A DNA stretch of 64,000 nt from Nanobdellota archaeon (GCA_038045945.1 JBBSXC010000003.1:21859-85858); one strand, 5' to 3'. Positions 1 to 9,935 are shown, numbered from the stretch's first letter. The notes: generated by a model from the letters alone, not told the origin. Made by a program: numbers and translations.

Positions 1-965
1 GCATAAGATAAAGAAAAACAAACAATTGAGAAAGAAAGAATTTTTCTAGAACTAAACTTTTTAGAAACCCACCTAAGAACAAAACCCTGACTAATAATCA
101 ACCAAAAACCAGCATAAGCAAAAAAAAGTCCAGACATCCTCTCAGAATAATGAAACTTCTCAATAAGAAATAACGGAAGAAAATGAACAAAGAAAGTAAA
201 ACCTAAAGTAATAAAGAAAACAACAATAAACATAGTACGAAGATTCTTCAAAGAAAAGGCACGAATAATGTTCTTACAACCAGTAAGAAGGCTAATAGGA
301 GAATCAATACGCTTCTTCAAAGTCTCAGGGAAAAACATAAGCATCATTATCATATTAATAAAAGTAAGAACGGCACCAAAAAGGAAAGGGGTAGCATGAG
401 TAAACCAAGGAAGAATGGTATTATCAGAAAGAACAAAACCTAAAATTGGGCCAACAACAAAACCTAAACCATAAGCAGCACCAACAAGACCAAAGTTTTT
501 AGTCTTAGTCTTAGGAGTACTAAGATCAGCCATAGATGAAAGAGCAACAGAGATAGCACCAGCAGTAAAACCCTCAATAACCCTACTAATAAACAACAAT
601 TCCAAACTACCAAAAATAAGTCCGTAACTAAAAAGAACAAAACCAATAAGGCATCCGCCTAAAGAAATAAATAAAACTCTCTTCCTACCATACCTATCAG
701 AAAGAGCACCGAGTAAGGGACTCCCAAAAAACTGAGCTATAGGGTAAGCACTAAGAAGCAAACCAAGAAGTATAGTACGAGTAGCATAAGGAACGGAAGA
801 AGCAAGAATAGTAGTAGACTTATCTAAAAAGATTGGAGCAAGGATGGGGGCAATTAGGGTAAGACCTAAAACATCTAAAAAAACTATAAATAAAATAGTA
901 ATTAAAGTAGATCTTGGAATCATACCACTAAGAGGTTTAGAGATTTTATTATTACCAAAAACCAT
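1..965 (-). CDS. MFS transporter, C-terminally truncated by window start. It is not in the ORF track because no stop codon lies inside the window.
   Basis: Reverse-complement translation from the ATG at 963-965 gives MVFGNNKISKPLSGMIPRSTLITILFIVFLDVLGLTLIAPI...GALSDRYGRKRVL...GFVVGPILGF, at least 10 predicted TM helices. The DRYGRK motif between TM2 and TM3 is typical of the major facilitator superfamily. Confidence 0.7.
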   Translation of the reverse strand, partial: MVFGNNKISKPLSGMIPRSTLITILFIVFLDVLGLTLIAPILAPIFLDKSTTILASSVPYATRTILLGLLLSAYPIAQFFGSPLLGALSDRYGRKRVLFISLGGCLIGFVLFSYGLIFGSLELLFISRVIEGFTAGAISVALSSMADLSTPKTKTKNFGLVGAAYGLGFVVGPILGFVLSDNTILPWFTHATPFLFGAVLTFINMIMMLMFFPETLKKRIDSPISLLTGCKNIIRAFSLKNLRTMFIVVFFITLGFTFFVHFLPLFLIEKFHYSERMSGLFFAYAGFWLIISQGFVLRWVSKKFSSRKILSFSIVCFSLSY

Positions 966-1070
966 CAAAAATAACACTCAAATCGGCTTTAAAAAGGCGA
1001 GGTTTTAAAGACAAAAGAGAAGAAAATACTGATTCATAAAACTTAAAAAGAATGAAAAAAGATAAATAAA

Positions 1071-1550
1071 ATGGTGAACAGTAACCTAAAGGTCACAAGT
1101 AAAAAATTGTTAGCAACAATCATAATACTACTAGTGGGAATATCAATAATCTTCATAACAATAAGCCTAAACAAAGAAGAAACAAGTAATAACGAACAAG
1201 AAATAGGAACAAACATAGCAGTTAACACAAACAACCAATTAATAAGCCAAAAAACAAATACTAGCACAAACAATTCGACTAACCAAACAGCAAAAAAAAT
1301 AACTGCAGAAGAATTAGCAAAACACGACAGTGAAGAAGACTGCTGGGTAGGATACGACGGAAAAGTTTACGACATAACAGAATTCTTACCAAACCACCCG
1401 GGAACAGCATCAAAAATAGCACCACATTGCGGAACAGAAAAAGAATTCACAAAACAATTCACAATACAACACGGAACATCACAAGTAAAAAGATTAATGA
1501 GAGTAGGACAACTAATGGGAGACTTTGAAATAAAAGGAACAATAGCCTAA
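1071..1550 (+). CDS. Membrane-anchored cytochrome b5-like heme-binding protein
   Basis: N-terminal TM helix. C-terminal ITAEELAKHDSEEDCWVGYDGKVYDITEFLPNHPG matches the cytochrome b5 heme-binding signature (HPGG-type). Confidence 0.55.
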   Translation: MVNSNLKVTSKKLLATIIILLVGISIIFITISLNKEETSNNEQEIGTNIAVNTNNQLISQKTNTSTNNSTNQTAKKITAEELAKHDSEEDCWVGYDGKVYDITEFLPNHPGTASKIAPHCGTEKEFTKQFTIQHGTSQVKRLMRVGQLMGDFEIKGTIA

Positions 1551-1564
1551 AGGCCACAAACATC

Positions 1565-1987
1565 ATGAAATTAAACAACGAAAAAACACAAGAAATAGGA
1601 AAATTATTATTAAGAATAGGAATATCACTACTATTCATATGGTTTGGAATATCACAACTAGCAAACCCTAACCATTGGTTAGGGTTCCTACCAGCATGGA
1701 CAAACAACCTACCAATAACGCAGGTCACATTCGTATACCTAAACGGGTCAGCAGAAATAATATTAGCATTATTCTTAATAGCAGGATTATACACAAGAAC
1801 AGCAGCAATAATACTAGCACTACACTTACTAGGAATAGCATTATCAATGAGTTATTCACCAACAATGATAAGAGACCTGGGACTAGCAATAGCAACAGGA
1901 GCAATATTCCTAAACGGACCAGACAAATACACACTAGACAAAAAGCTAAGCGGCAGCCAAGAATTGTACCAAAATACAAGTTTTTGA
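1565..1987 (+). CDS. DoxX-family membrane protein
   Basis: About 140 aa with 4 TM helices. LLRIGISLLFIWFGISQLANP is the typical DoxX N-terminal helix. Confidence 0.5.
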   Translation: MKLNNEKTQEIGKLLLRIGISLLFIWFGISQLANPNHWLGFLPAWTNNLPITQVTFVYLNGSAEIILALFLIAGLYTRTAAIILALHLLGIALSMSYSPTMIRDLGLAIATGAIFLNGPDKYTLDKKLSGSQELYQNTSF

Positions 1988-2088
1988 TGATAAATAACCA
2001 TTCAAGTACAAGAAGTTGTACTTCTAACAAATTTTACAGTTTTTTCTGGCAATAACTTTATATAGCATATTGACGATTATGAGTCATA

Positions 2089-2931
2089 ATGAACTTACAC
2101 GAAAACATTGGTGATGCAGAACTAGTAACAAAAATTAAACTCAAAGGAACACTAAAAGCATTACCAGATTTCTACGTTAACAAAGAAGTTGCAGAATTCA
2201 AGAAGAAACACCCGAAAGCAGGACCTATGGAAGTATTCAAGGCAGTAAGAAAAAAACTACACGAATCATACGGAGCATACCAAAACAGAAAAAAAAGAAG
2301 AAGAACACTATACTTAGAAGAACTAAAATTAGCAAGAGAAGAAAACTGGGGAAAAGAAAAAAACAGTCCTGAAATGAAAGAAGTAAGAAGAAGAATGATA
2401 AGAACAAGCGTATCAGCAACAGAAAGACTAGAAGCAGACTATAACTCAATTTATGAACCAATGCACAAAGAATTAGGAAAGTTCAAAACACTAATGGACT
2501 TAGGATGTGGAATAAACCCAGTATCATTCTGCCCATCTGATTACAAAGAAGTAAAAATATACGCCTATGACATTGACAGTGGAGACATAGAATTCTTAAA
2601 CAAATACTTCAAAATCATGGGGATGAACGGAGAAGCAAACGTACTAGACCTGCACGACCTAGAAGCAGTAGACAAACTACCAAAAGTAGATGTTTGCTTA
2701 TTATTCAAAATTATTGATCCACTAGAAAGAAGAGGACACGAATTCTCAGAACAACTAATAAAAAGACTCAAAGCAAAACAAATAGTTGTAAGTTTCGCAA
2801 CAAAAACCATTACAAGAAAAAGCATGAATCACCCTAACAGGGGATGGTTCGAACAAATGATAAAAAGGCTAGGAAAAACTTACAAAACAATTAAGACAAA
2901 CAACGAAATATACTACGTCGTAAAGAACTAA
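2089..2931 (+). CDS. Class I SAM methyltransferase resembling FmrO/ArmA/RmtB 16S rRNA (G1405-N7) methyltransferases
   Basis: Motif I is LMDLGCGINPVSF, followed by IYAYDIDSGDIEFL. Both match the DxGCGxNPL ... YxAxDID pattern I recall for the ArmA/Rmt family. Basic helical N-terminal domain. TATA-like 'ctttatatag' about 30 nt upstream of the ATG. Confidence 0.45.
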   Translation: MNLHENIGDAELVTKIKLKGTLKALPDFYVNKEVAEFKKKHPKAGPMEVFKAVRKKLHESYGAYQNRKKRRRTLYLEELKLAREENWGKEKNSPEMKEVRRRMIRTSVSATERLEADYNSIYEPMHKELGKFKTLMDLGCGINPVSFCPSDYKEVKIYAYDIDSGDIEFLNKYFKIMGMNGEANVLDLHDLEAVDKLPKVDVCLLFKIIDPLERRGHEFSEQLIKRLKAKQIVVSFATKTITRKSMNHPNRGWFEQMIKRLGKTYKTIKTNNEIYYVVKN

Positions 2932-2974
2932 GTTATGCAGAGGATTTTTAAACAAGATTAATCTTTAGACTACA

Positions 2975-3880
2975 ATGGCTTATTTTGATGGTGTTATCGA
3001 AGTGCTTAAAAAAGAGGGGCAAGTATTACAAGTACTAATAATAGCATTAGCAATAATAATTGTTACTAACATCGTTCTTAAAAGAATTAAGACAAAAATG
3101 CTCAAAAGAGCTAACTCAAAAATACAGATTTCTAACATAAAATTCTTCTTCAGAATAATACAAGTAGTAATAATATTCGTAATTGTAACGGTTGGAGTAT
3201 TCTACTATTTTGGTTCATGGACGGGTCTAGGAGTATTCGCCGGACTAATAACTGCTGGTTTAGGATTCGCACTACAAAAACCCATAACTGGGATAGCAGC
3301 ATGGCTAATAATAATCATAAAAAGACCATTCAACGTGGGCGACAGAATAAGAATAGGAACAATGAGAGGGGAAGTTTATGACATAACACTAACACACTTG
3401 TACCTAGACGAAATTGGTGGTGACGTGGACACAGAAGACTACTCAGGAAGAAACATAATAGTACCTAACCACTTACTCTTTGAAAATAACATCATAAACT
3501 ACACACTAGTAGATGATTTCGTCCTAGGAGAAGTACCGGTGAGCGTAACTTACGAAAGCGATATTATAGAAGCAAAAAAAATTATTGAGGAAGCAACAAA
3601 AAAGTATGCTGATGAGTTCTCACTAAAGGGTAAAAGAGAAATAAAACTAAGAGTATTCATGGAAGCCAGCAGCATAACAATAAGAGCAAGATTTTACGCT
3701 CACGTCAAAACAATATCTAAAGTTAAAAGCGACATAACAGAAGAAGTATACAACAAAATTAAAGAGAGTGGAAAAGTAGATATTGCTTACCCTCACACAC
3801 ACTTCATTATGAAAAATAGCCTAAAGGCCACAAGCGAAAAGGGGGATGAAAACCCTTTAGGAAATAATAAAAAACAATAA
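2975..3880 (+). CDS. MscS-family mechanosensitive channel
   Basis: Three N-terminal TM helices, then KRPFNVGDRIRIGTMRGEVYDITLTHLYL, the conserved MscS beta-domain motif. Confidence 0.7.
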   Translation: MAYFDGVIEVLKKEGQVLQVLIIALAIIIVTNIVLKRIKTKMLKRANSKIQISNIKFFFRIIQVVIIFVIVTVGVFYYFGSWTGLGVFAGLITAGLGFALQKPITGIAAWLIIIIKRPFNVGDRIRIGTMRGEVYDITLTHLYLDEIGGDVDTEDYSGRNIIVPNHLLFENNIINYTLVDDFVLGEVPVSVTYESDIIEAKKIIEEATKKYADEFSLKGKREIKLRVFMEASSITIRARFYAHVKTISKVKSDITEEVYNKIKESGKVDIAYPHTHFIMKNSLKATSEKGDENPLGNNKKQ

Positions 3881-4491
3881 TGGCAGAATACGAATTCATA
3901 ACAGAAAACTCTCACTGGCACAAAATAATAACTTTAACAACACTAATAGCACTATTCCTAATAATACTAATAATAAGCGTTTTTTTCGCAAACTTCTTCT
4001 ACTCTCTAATTATAGGGATACCATTCACTTCGCAAATAATCAGCTCAATAAAAGATAACATCACCGGAGCAACACTAAAAGGATTATTCTACGCACACTT
4101 CATTGGAGGAATATTCGTAATACCATCACCTGACGAAGTAATATTCTACTACGCACTAATAAAAGGAAACCCGTACTTATTATCACTATTAGCAGCTGTT
4201 GCTGGTTACATGTTAGCACAAGTAATAAACTACTTTTTAGGGAAAAAACTAAGCAACATAATACTACAATTAGTATCCAAAAAGAAGGTTTATAGCTCAA
4301 GAAGATTAGCAAACAGGTACGGGGCATGGGGAGTATTCATATTCAACCTATTACCGCTACCAGCACCCCTACTAACATTCGCCCTCGGAATAGCAAAATA
4401 CAACTTCACAAGACTATTCCTACTAACACTAGCGGGAAAAGTAACAAAGTATTTAGTACTAATAGGCATCCACGCACTAACACAAAGATAA
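3880..4491 (+). CDS. DedA/VTT-domain membrane protein
   Basis: Multi-TM protein. GNPYLLSLLAAVAGYMLAQVINYFLGKK ... RYGAWGVFIFNLLPLPAP resembles the DedA/TVP38 core. Its start shares the ATAATG junction with the mscS stop. Confidence 0.45.
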   Translation: MAEYEFITENSHWHKIITLTTLIALFLIILIISVFFANFFYSLIIGIPFTSQIISSIKDNITGATLKGLFYAHFIGGIFVIPSPDEVIFYYALIKGNPYLLSLLAAVAGYMLAQVINYFLGKKLSNIILQLVSKKKVYSSRRLANRYGAWGVFIFNLLPLPAPLLTFALGIAKYNFTRLFLLTLAGKVTKYLVLIGIHALTQR

Positions 4492-4531
4492 ACAAGAAGG
4501 ATTAATATACTGCAGAAACATAAAAAATACT

Positions 4532-5014
4532 ATGAATGAACTACAAGTAATAAGAAAAGAAGAATCTTTAGAAGACACAATAAACATTAGCAGAGTGCTA
4601 GGTAAACACGCTGTTTCTAAAGGAGGAACAATAATAGGAAGAGTAAATCAGATAAGAATAAATAAAGAAACTTCCGAAATTGAGGGAGTTGTCATAAGCA
4701 GGGGATTATTCAAAAAACCCGTATATGTTGGAAGATCATACTTTGACACAATATCACACGAAGCAATAATACTTAACGTAGAATTATCATTATTATTAAG
4801 GGGGAAAAAAGTAATAACTCTGGATGGGAAAGTTATTGGAAGCGTAACAAAAATAAACCGTAAAGGAAACACTAACGACTTTGACAGCATAATAGTAAGG
4901 TCGCTATGGAAAAAGTTCTTAATACCTAAGGGCGAAATAAAAGAAATGAGCAGTTCAGTAATCCTAGAGTACAAATATGATGAATCAAAAAAGTATCTCT
5001 GGAAAGGCGATTGA
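4532..5014 (+). CDS. PRC-barrel domain protein
   Basis: VLGKHAVSKGGTIIGRVNQIRINKETSEIEGVVIS and ITLDGKVIGSVTKI are two PRC-barrel-like repeats. Confidence 0.45.
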   Translation: MNELQVIRKEESLEDTINISRVLGKHAVSKGGTIIGRVNQIRINKETSEIEGVVISRGLFKKPVYVGRSYFDTISHEAIILNVELSLLLRGKKVITLDGKVIGSVTKINRKGNTNDFDSIIVRSLWKKFLIPKGEIKEMSSSVILEYKYDESKKYLWKGD

Positions 5015-5453
5015 GAAAACAATAACATCAGAAGAAATATTAGGTAAGGATGTCATAGACATTGACGGAAGCAATATCGGTGTTGTTGAAAAAGTACTAA
5101 TTGACCCTAAAAGTCTGGATTTTGTAGGCATATCAATAGATAAAGGGTTTCTTAAAAGAGGATTAACGCTTGGGGAAAACTACATTGACCAAGTAACAGA
5201 CCACGCAGTCCTACTAAAAATTCGTGTTGCTTACGAAGTAAAAGGAAAAAACGTTTTTGATAAAGATGGAAAAATAATAGGGATTGTTACATCAATTGAT
5301 CTTGAAGGAGAAAAAAACATTATCTCAAGCATTAACGTAAAATCAGGATTCTTAACAGTTGGAAAAGAATTAAGCATCCCTGCAGGATACATAAAAGCAA
5401 TAGGAGAAGGAGTAATGCTAACAATAAAAAAAGAAGAAATAAAGAAAGAATAA
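4977..5453 (+). CDS. PRC-barrel domain protein, tandem paralog
   Basis: ILGKDVIDIDGSNIGVVEKVLIDPKSLDFVGISI and VFDKDGKIIGIVTSIDLEG have the same repeat architecture as the preceding gene. The start overlaps the upstream gene. Confidence 0.45.
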   Translation: MMNQKSISGKAIEKTITSEEILGKDVIDIDGSNIGVVEKVLIDPKSLDFVGISIDKGFLKRGLTLGENYIDQVTDHAVLLKIRVAYEVKGKNVFDKDGKIIGIVTSIDLEGEKNIISSINVKSGFLTVGKELSIPAGYIKAIGEGVMLTIKKEEIKKE

Positions 5454-5455
5454 AA

Positions 5456-5704
5456 CTATTTGTAAGCGTTCTTTCTATGTTTAACACTTAAAATTAATAC
5501 CACTAATTTGTCATGATAAAGGTCAAGCATCAATCTATAATTTCCAATTCTTAATTTATATCCTGATTCGCCCACTAGTTTTTCTAAGAAATGTTCTGGT
5601 CTTATTTTTATTCTTTCTAAACCTGAACTAATTTGCTCTTGGGCAGTTTTATCTAATTTGAAAAATTGTCTTTCTGCATTCTGGGAGAATTCTATCTTAT
5701 ACAT
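5456..5704 (-). CDS. RelE/ParE-family type II toxin
   Basis: 82 aa. The C-terminus YKLRIGNYRLMLDLYHDKLVVLILSVKHRKNAYK matches the RelE/StbE signature (YRliY ... vl.i.HRk.aY). Confidence 0.6.
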   Translation of the reverse strand: MYKIEFSQNAERQFFKLDKTAQEQISSGLERIKIRPEHFLEKLVGESGYKLRIGNYRLMLDLYHDKLVVLILSVKHRKNAYK

Positions 5705-5921
5705 TCAGCTTTAATTCCTTCTTAATATCTTCAAAATTACGGAATTTACCCTCTTTATACTGTTTCCTTGACAGTTCCATCTCTCTTTTTACTTCATCCG
5801 ATAATTCCATTCTATCTTCTAACAAATCCCAAATTAGGTTTTCATAACTTTCTTTAGAATGTATTTTCATACTTTTGAGCTTAGCGAGCAGCTCATTACT
5901 TATCTGTATGGTTGTATCCAT
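5697..5921 (-). CDS. Putative antitoxin partner of the RelE-like toxin
   Basis: 74 aa acidic helical protein. Its stop overlaps the toxin start by 8 nt, the usual antitoxin-toxin layout. Confidence 0.4.
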   Translation of the reverse strand: MDTTIQISNELLAKLKSMKIHSKESYENLIWDLLEDRMELSDEVKREMELSRKQYKEGKFRNFEDIKKELKLNV

Positions 5922-6004
5922 ATTAAGTATATAACTAGCTATAGTATATAAACTTTTCTTAATATTAAAGTTTTTTCGTTAAGCTTTTAAACCGCCTTTT
6001 TCTC

Positions 6005-6394
6005 ATGATTTTCCTTATGAATAATCATTATGATGCAGTTAGAGCAGGTGCACAAGCATTAGCTAATGCTCTTGAAGGCATTACTGATTTTAGAGGGGTT
6101 TCTGACAGATTCTTCTTAAAACGCATCAATGACCGTGAAATTAATGCTACTACTCTTTATGGCGGTCCCTCTACTGACGCACACCTTTCTCATTCTAGCG
6201 GCAAATTATCATTAACTATTCCTCAATTTAGGGATCCTATTATTGATGTTCACTTACCTGCTGACCACTTTGAAGTACCTGAAGGTTACGAAGTTGTTGG
6301 AAGAAACGGAACATTACACCTAAGAACAACTGCTAAGTCTATAGAAGCACTACAAGAAGAAATAAGAAAAATAACAAGAATAAGAAGAGATTAA
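6005..6394 (+). CDS. Hypothetical protein
   Basis: 129 aa ORF. T-ending codons on the + strand contrast with neighbouring + genes. Convergent with the 12-gene operon and overlaps it by 4 nt. Confidence 0.35.
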   Translation: MIFLMNNHYDAVRAGAQALANALEGITDFRGVSDRFFLKRINDREINATTLYGGPSTDAHLSHSSGKLSLTIPQFRDPIIDVHLPADHFEVPEGYEVVGRNGTLHLRTTAKSIEALQEEIRKITRIRRD

Positions 6395-6972
6395 TCCCTC
6401 ACCCTATCTTCTGTATTAATCTCATAACTAGCATGTGGTAAGTGATACACTGGACTACTTGTTGAAAGTCTTAATGCTAACTCAATATCGTATCCGCTTT
6501 TCTTCAAGTCTTCACGATTTGGGGGCATTTGCTCGACCAATTCTCTAATACTCCTAACTGTTCTAACCTTAACGATGTTACATAAAGAACTACTACAGTC
6601 TCCCCTATAAGAAAATAATGCAACTTCTCCACCATACCGATAAACCTCTACGTATCGATCATCAATTCCCTGCTGAAAAACAAAGTTATCCTTATCAGTC
6701 TGATTATAAACAATTATTTCTTTTGAGTGAGGACCCCTAAAAAGGATTAGCTCATTGTTATCTAAAAAAATACTCATCTTAGGATTACTTTCCTTAACTG
6801 CCTCAAATCTAGTCGGGCCTGTAAAAAACATCATACCTTGGCCTTCCAAAGTCTTATTCATCCTTATAGCAAAAATATCCAAGGGCCTTACTGAAGAACA
6901 ATCCATCGCTTCACTAACATCATAACCTCGAGAACTAAGATCTTCTAGCGGTGAAGGGATTGAAGTAGTCAT
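6391..6972 (-). CDS. Hypothetical protein (operon gene 12 of 12)
   Basis: 193 aa, MTTS start. Its start overlaps the upstream gene's stop by 4 nt (ATGA). Confidence 0.4.
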   Translation of the reverse strand: MTTSIPSPLEDLSSRGYDVSEAMDCSSVRPLDIFAIRMNKTLEGQGMMFFTGPTRFEAVKESNPKMSIFLDNNELILFRGPHSKEIIVYNQTDKDNFVFQQGIDDRYVEVYRYGGEVALFSYRGDCSSSLCNIVKVRTVRSIRELVEQMPPNREDLKKSGYDIELALRLSTSSPVYHLPHASYEINTEDRVRD

Positions 6973-7469
6973 TCTATCCTCCTTGTCAACCTAACCAGTT
7001 GGGAATCAATTATCTCCATCGTTTTTATATTGCTCATTGGCATAGTCCTCATTCTAGAATGCTGAAAATCCAATGACGGAGCAAAAGCCCCCTTGCCTAG
7101 AACTTGGGAATCACTAATTACTAAACTTTCATCATTATGACTTCTATAGAACCCTGCTGCTCTAACATCATTATATATGTGTTCAGCATCCCAAGAGAGT
7201 GTTCCATAATATTGTACTAACAATAAGTCTCCCTCATTAACCTTTGATAAAACTAATCTGGGCTTATACTTTTCTGATTCTAATTCGTCCTGAACTTTCC
7301 AATCATTCAGGCCGTAAGCATGCATCTTCTCCCACAAATTCTTCCTTGATAAGCCTAGAACCGCTGCTGCTTCAGCTTTACGACCTTTAGTAAAAACTAA
7401 AGTATCCTTAATTGCTCTCTTTTCAACTTCGCGAACATAATCAGAAAGAGAACGAGGAAGAAAAGTCAT
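6969..7469 (-). CDS. Fis-type HTH protein (operon gene 11)
   Basis: The N-terminus REVEKRAIKDTLVFTKGRKAEAAAVLGLSRKNLWEKMHAYGL matches the Fis/NtrC C-terminal HTH pattern (G.K..AA..LG.sR..L..KlK..G). 4-nt overlaps on both sides. Confidence 0.5.
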   Translation of the reverse strand: MTFLPRSLSDYVREVEKRAIKDTLVFTKGRKAEAAAVLGLSRKNLWEKMHAYGLNDWKVQDELESEKYKPRLVLSKVNEGDLLLVQYYGTLSWDAEHIYNDVRAAGFYRSHNDESLVISDSQVLGKGAFAPSLDFQHSRMRTMPMSNIKTMEIIDSQLVRLTRRIE

Positions 7470-7876
7470 TTTGTCTCTCCAGATTTTGATCTATCAATAA
7501 TTTTTCTCAGAATATCCCTTACGTTATATGTCTCTCTTGAAATATGTGCATCATTCATTCTTTTCCCAATTCTACCAAAGAGAGAACTAATCTTCTTTCT
7601 GTCATCTTCACTTATATCTTTATGAAATTCCACTGAAGGGTCATACTTCAAATCCTCATTTAATGGGATGGCATAATTATCAAAACCTAAGCCGTAACCT
7701 AATGGTGACTCGTTGTAGTATCTAGTAACATAAAAATTTAAACCACTAACCCTTGAAAAAAGCCTATCTTTACCAAGGCTGAGAGTCTGTGGAGAAGTAT
7801 GAAACTTTAACCAAAAATCAGTAGGAATCTTATCAACAAATTCAATAACGTCATCAAGGGAAATATTAGAAGTCAT
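7466..7876 (-). CDS. Hypothetical protein (operon gene 10)
   Basis: 136 aa, MTSN start, ATGA overlaps. Confidence 0.4.
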   Translation of the reverse strand: MTSNISLDDVIEFVDKIPTDFWLKFHTSPQTLSLGKDRLFSRVSGLNFYVTRYYNESPLGYGLGFDNYAIPLNEDLKYDPSVEFHKDISEDDRKKISSLFGRIGKRMNDAHISRETYNVRDILRKIIDRSKSGETK

Positions 7877-8277
7877 TTTGAGTCCTCCACGAATCTTTCT
7901 AAATCGGACATTATAGCTTCACGATCAGACCATTCTTCTGTTGTGATGCTCTTATCAGTTTCTAATTTTTTATAAAGTCTGTTTAATCTATCATTTATTC
8001 CTTGAACCTGTCCATCAGGGCTTCCACAATCTGCAGAATCTGCTTCAATGGTTTGTAATACATCCAAAAAATCCGTATGAACTATTTCGATTGTTTTTTC
8101 TTTTGCTAACAGGTCTTTCCCTTCCATTTCAACATACCTATGATATATTTTAGCTCTAAATTTGTCATTAAGCTTAGCAACATAAACTCCCATCCCATAA
8201 TTTACTCTTCTCCATTCCTGAACTGGAATAGAATCAAGCTTATCTAACAACTTATACAAAAATTCGTAAGAAGTCAT
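7873..8277 (-). CDS. Hypothetical protein (operon gene 9)
   Basis: 134 aa, MTSY start, ATGA overlaps. Confidence 0.4.
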   Translation of the reverse strand: MTSYEFLYKLLDKLDSIPVQEWRRVNYGMGVYVAKLNDKFRAKIYHRYVEMEGKDLLAKEKTIEIVHTDFLDVLQTIEADSADCGSPDGQVQGINDRLNRLYKKLETDKSITTEEWSDREAIMSDLERFVEDSK

Positions 8278-8624
8278 TTTCCACTCCTAAGATATCTTCT
8301 ACCGCCTTCTTCACAAGCGTCACCTAACTCCTTCTCAATATCCTCTCTTCCTTTAATCTTTGTTATGTTAAGAACCCAATCAGTAAGAACTTGTTTAGAA
8401 TTGCTACTATCTCTAAGTCCTGGATAAGATGTCCTTTTAACAGGGCTTTCATGAATATAGAATGAACTATTCCCTTCCCTATAAGGCCTATAAAAACCAA
8501 CACTTATTTCAACACCAACTACTTTTCCTTCAATAATAGGAAAAGCATAAAGAGCCCTAACCTCGTCACCCTCAACCAAACCATCAAGAGTTTTCAAAAC
8601 CTCATCCTTAGACTGAAAAGTCAT
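8274..8624 (-). CDS. Hypothetical protein (operon gene 8)
   Basis: 116 aa, MTFQ start, ATGA overlaps. Confidence 0.4.
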   Translation of the reverse strand: MTFQSKDEVLKTLDGLVEGDEVRALYAFPIIEGKVVGVEISVGFYRPYREGNSSFYIHESPVKRTSYPGLRDSSNSKQVLTDWVLNITKIKGREDIEKELGDACEEGGRRYLRSGK

Positions 8625-9025
8625 TTTGAGTCCTCCAAGATATCAAGTTTAGATAAGGATCTTTCTTTTTTTCTTAATGCTTGGATTTCACGTGTCTTTT
8701 CTTTGATTTTATCTTTAGACTCTTTTTTCCTTTCTAATTCTCGATATTTATGATTAATCTTTCTATAAAGATTTAAAAATTTATTATTGCTAAAACCAAC
8801 AATATCCTCATTAATACTTTCATCGTCTAAAGTTGCTTCAAATTTGTCACAATATAACCCATAAGACAACATTCTTACTTTTAAATTATTTATTTTAATT
8901 TCATACTCATAAGAATAAGGTCCTGCGGTTTCCTTAACCTGATCAGTAAGCAATATCTTGCTTGCAGGTACTTCAAGCAACTTTCCCGCCAACTTATCAA
9001 AACTAACCTTTCTAAAAGAAGTCAT
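8621..9025 (-). CDS. Hypothetical protein with a Lys/Glu-rich helical C-terminus (operon gene 7)
   Basis: 134 aa, MTSF start. The C-terminus YRELERKKESKDKIKEKTREIQALRKKERSL looks coiled-coil. Confidence 0.4.
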   Translation of the reverse strand: MTSFRKVSFDKLAGKLLEVPASKILLTDQVKETAGPYSYEYEIKINNLKVRMLSYGLYCDKFEATLDDESINEDIVGFSNNKFLNLYRKINHKYRELERKKESKDKIKEKTREIQALRKKERSLSKLDILEDSK

Positions 9026-9435
9026 TTCTCTTCCTCCTTAACATATTTTCCTTTGGCAAAATCAACATACCTAAATTCTATTAATCCGCGATTAACTTTA
9101 GAATAAACCTCAACACCGGCAACTAATAATTCATCATTACATGTAAGTTTTTCATAAAAATCTTTTATAGAATCTAAACCTTCCAGTTTAGGAATCTGAA
9201 CACGAACATAAGAATGCACTGGGATGTATAAACCGGCATTATTGATAACAAATGTAGGTCTTGAATTTTCATTAAGGCAAGCTTCAAGTTTAAAAGTTGT
9301 CCTATTATCAACAACCCATTCTCTACCAAAAGCAAAGTGGGGAGAAGACTGAACTTCGCAAGAATAAACCCCACCTTCAACAACAAAATATTCTAAATCC
9401 TTTTTGTTAGGAACAAAATTACTAGGAAACATCAT
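9022..9435 (-). CDS. Hypothetical protein (operon gene 6)
   Basis: 137 aa, predicted beta-rich, ATGA overlaps. Confidence 0.4.
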   Translation of the reverse strand: MMFPSNFVPNKKDLEYFVVEGGVYSCEVQSSPHFAFGREWVVDNRTTFKLEACLNENSRPTFVINNAGLYIPVHSYVRVQIPKLEGLDSIKDFYEKLTCNDELLVAGVEVYSKVNRGLIEFRYVDFAKGKYVKEEEK

Positions 9436-9935
9436 TTTCTTTCAACCTCATATTTTCTTCTAGCTTGGGAACCTTTAAACATACCATAAAGTCCACCCAT
9501 AGCTGAACCCATCCCTAAAAGAACAGAACTTAATCTTATGGCTTCATAAGGTAATTTTTGTTCATCAAAAGCTTTCATTTCTCCTTGATAATTTTGGTAA
9601 GCATCAGTGCTTGATAATCTTTCAAGTTCGCTATCAGCATAAGATAATGATTCATCAATACCTCTAGAAACCCCCTCGTAAAAGACTGATTTTCTTTTAG
9701 TCCTAAAACCTCTAGTGTCTCTTTCTTCTAACTGATTCTTAATCTCTAATATTTCATTCTTAGCTTCATTAGTAACATCATAAAGAAAAACTTCAGTAGG
9801 CTCAATAGGCTTTTCATCATCTAAATAACTCAAAGCAGGACTAGAAACGCCCAGACCAATGGCGCTCAAAACTATTCCTGCTAAAGAATTACGAGTAATA
9901 GTTTTAGGATGAAGATCCATATTATCTAAAATCAC
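9432..9935 (-). CDS. Membrane protein with two TM segments (operon gene 5)
   Basis: 167 aa. N-terminal TM GIVLSAIGLGVSSPALS and C-terminal TM LLGMGSAMGGLYGMF. Confidence 0.4.
   Translation of the reverse strand: MILDNMDLHPKTITRNSLAGIVLSAIGLGVSSPALSYLDDEKPIEPTEVFLYDVTNEAKNEILEIKNQLEERDTRGFRTKRKSVFYEGVSRGIDESLSYADSELERLSSTDAYQNYQGEMKAFDEQKLPYEAIRLSSVLLGMGSAMGGLYGMFKGSQARRKYEVERK

Noticed and set aside
464-646. 60 aa ORF and the neighbouring ORFs 1043..1273, 1459..1794, 1675..2055 and 1725..2030
   Set aside because: They lie inside or antisense to the MFS, cytochrome b5-like and DoxX genes. Their translations are low-complexity L/V/F-rich strings typical of wrong-frame reads in AT-rich DNA.
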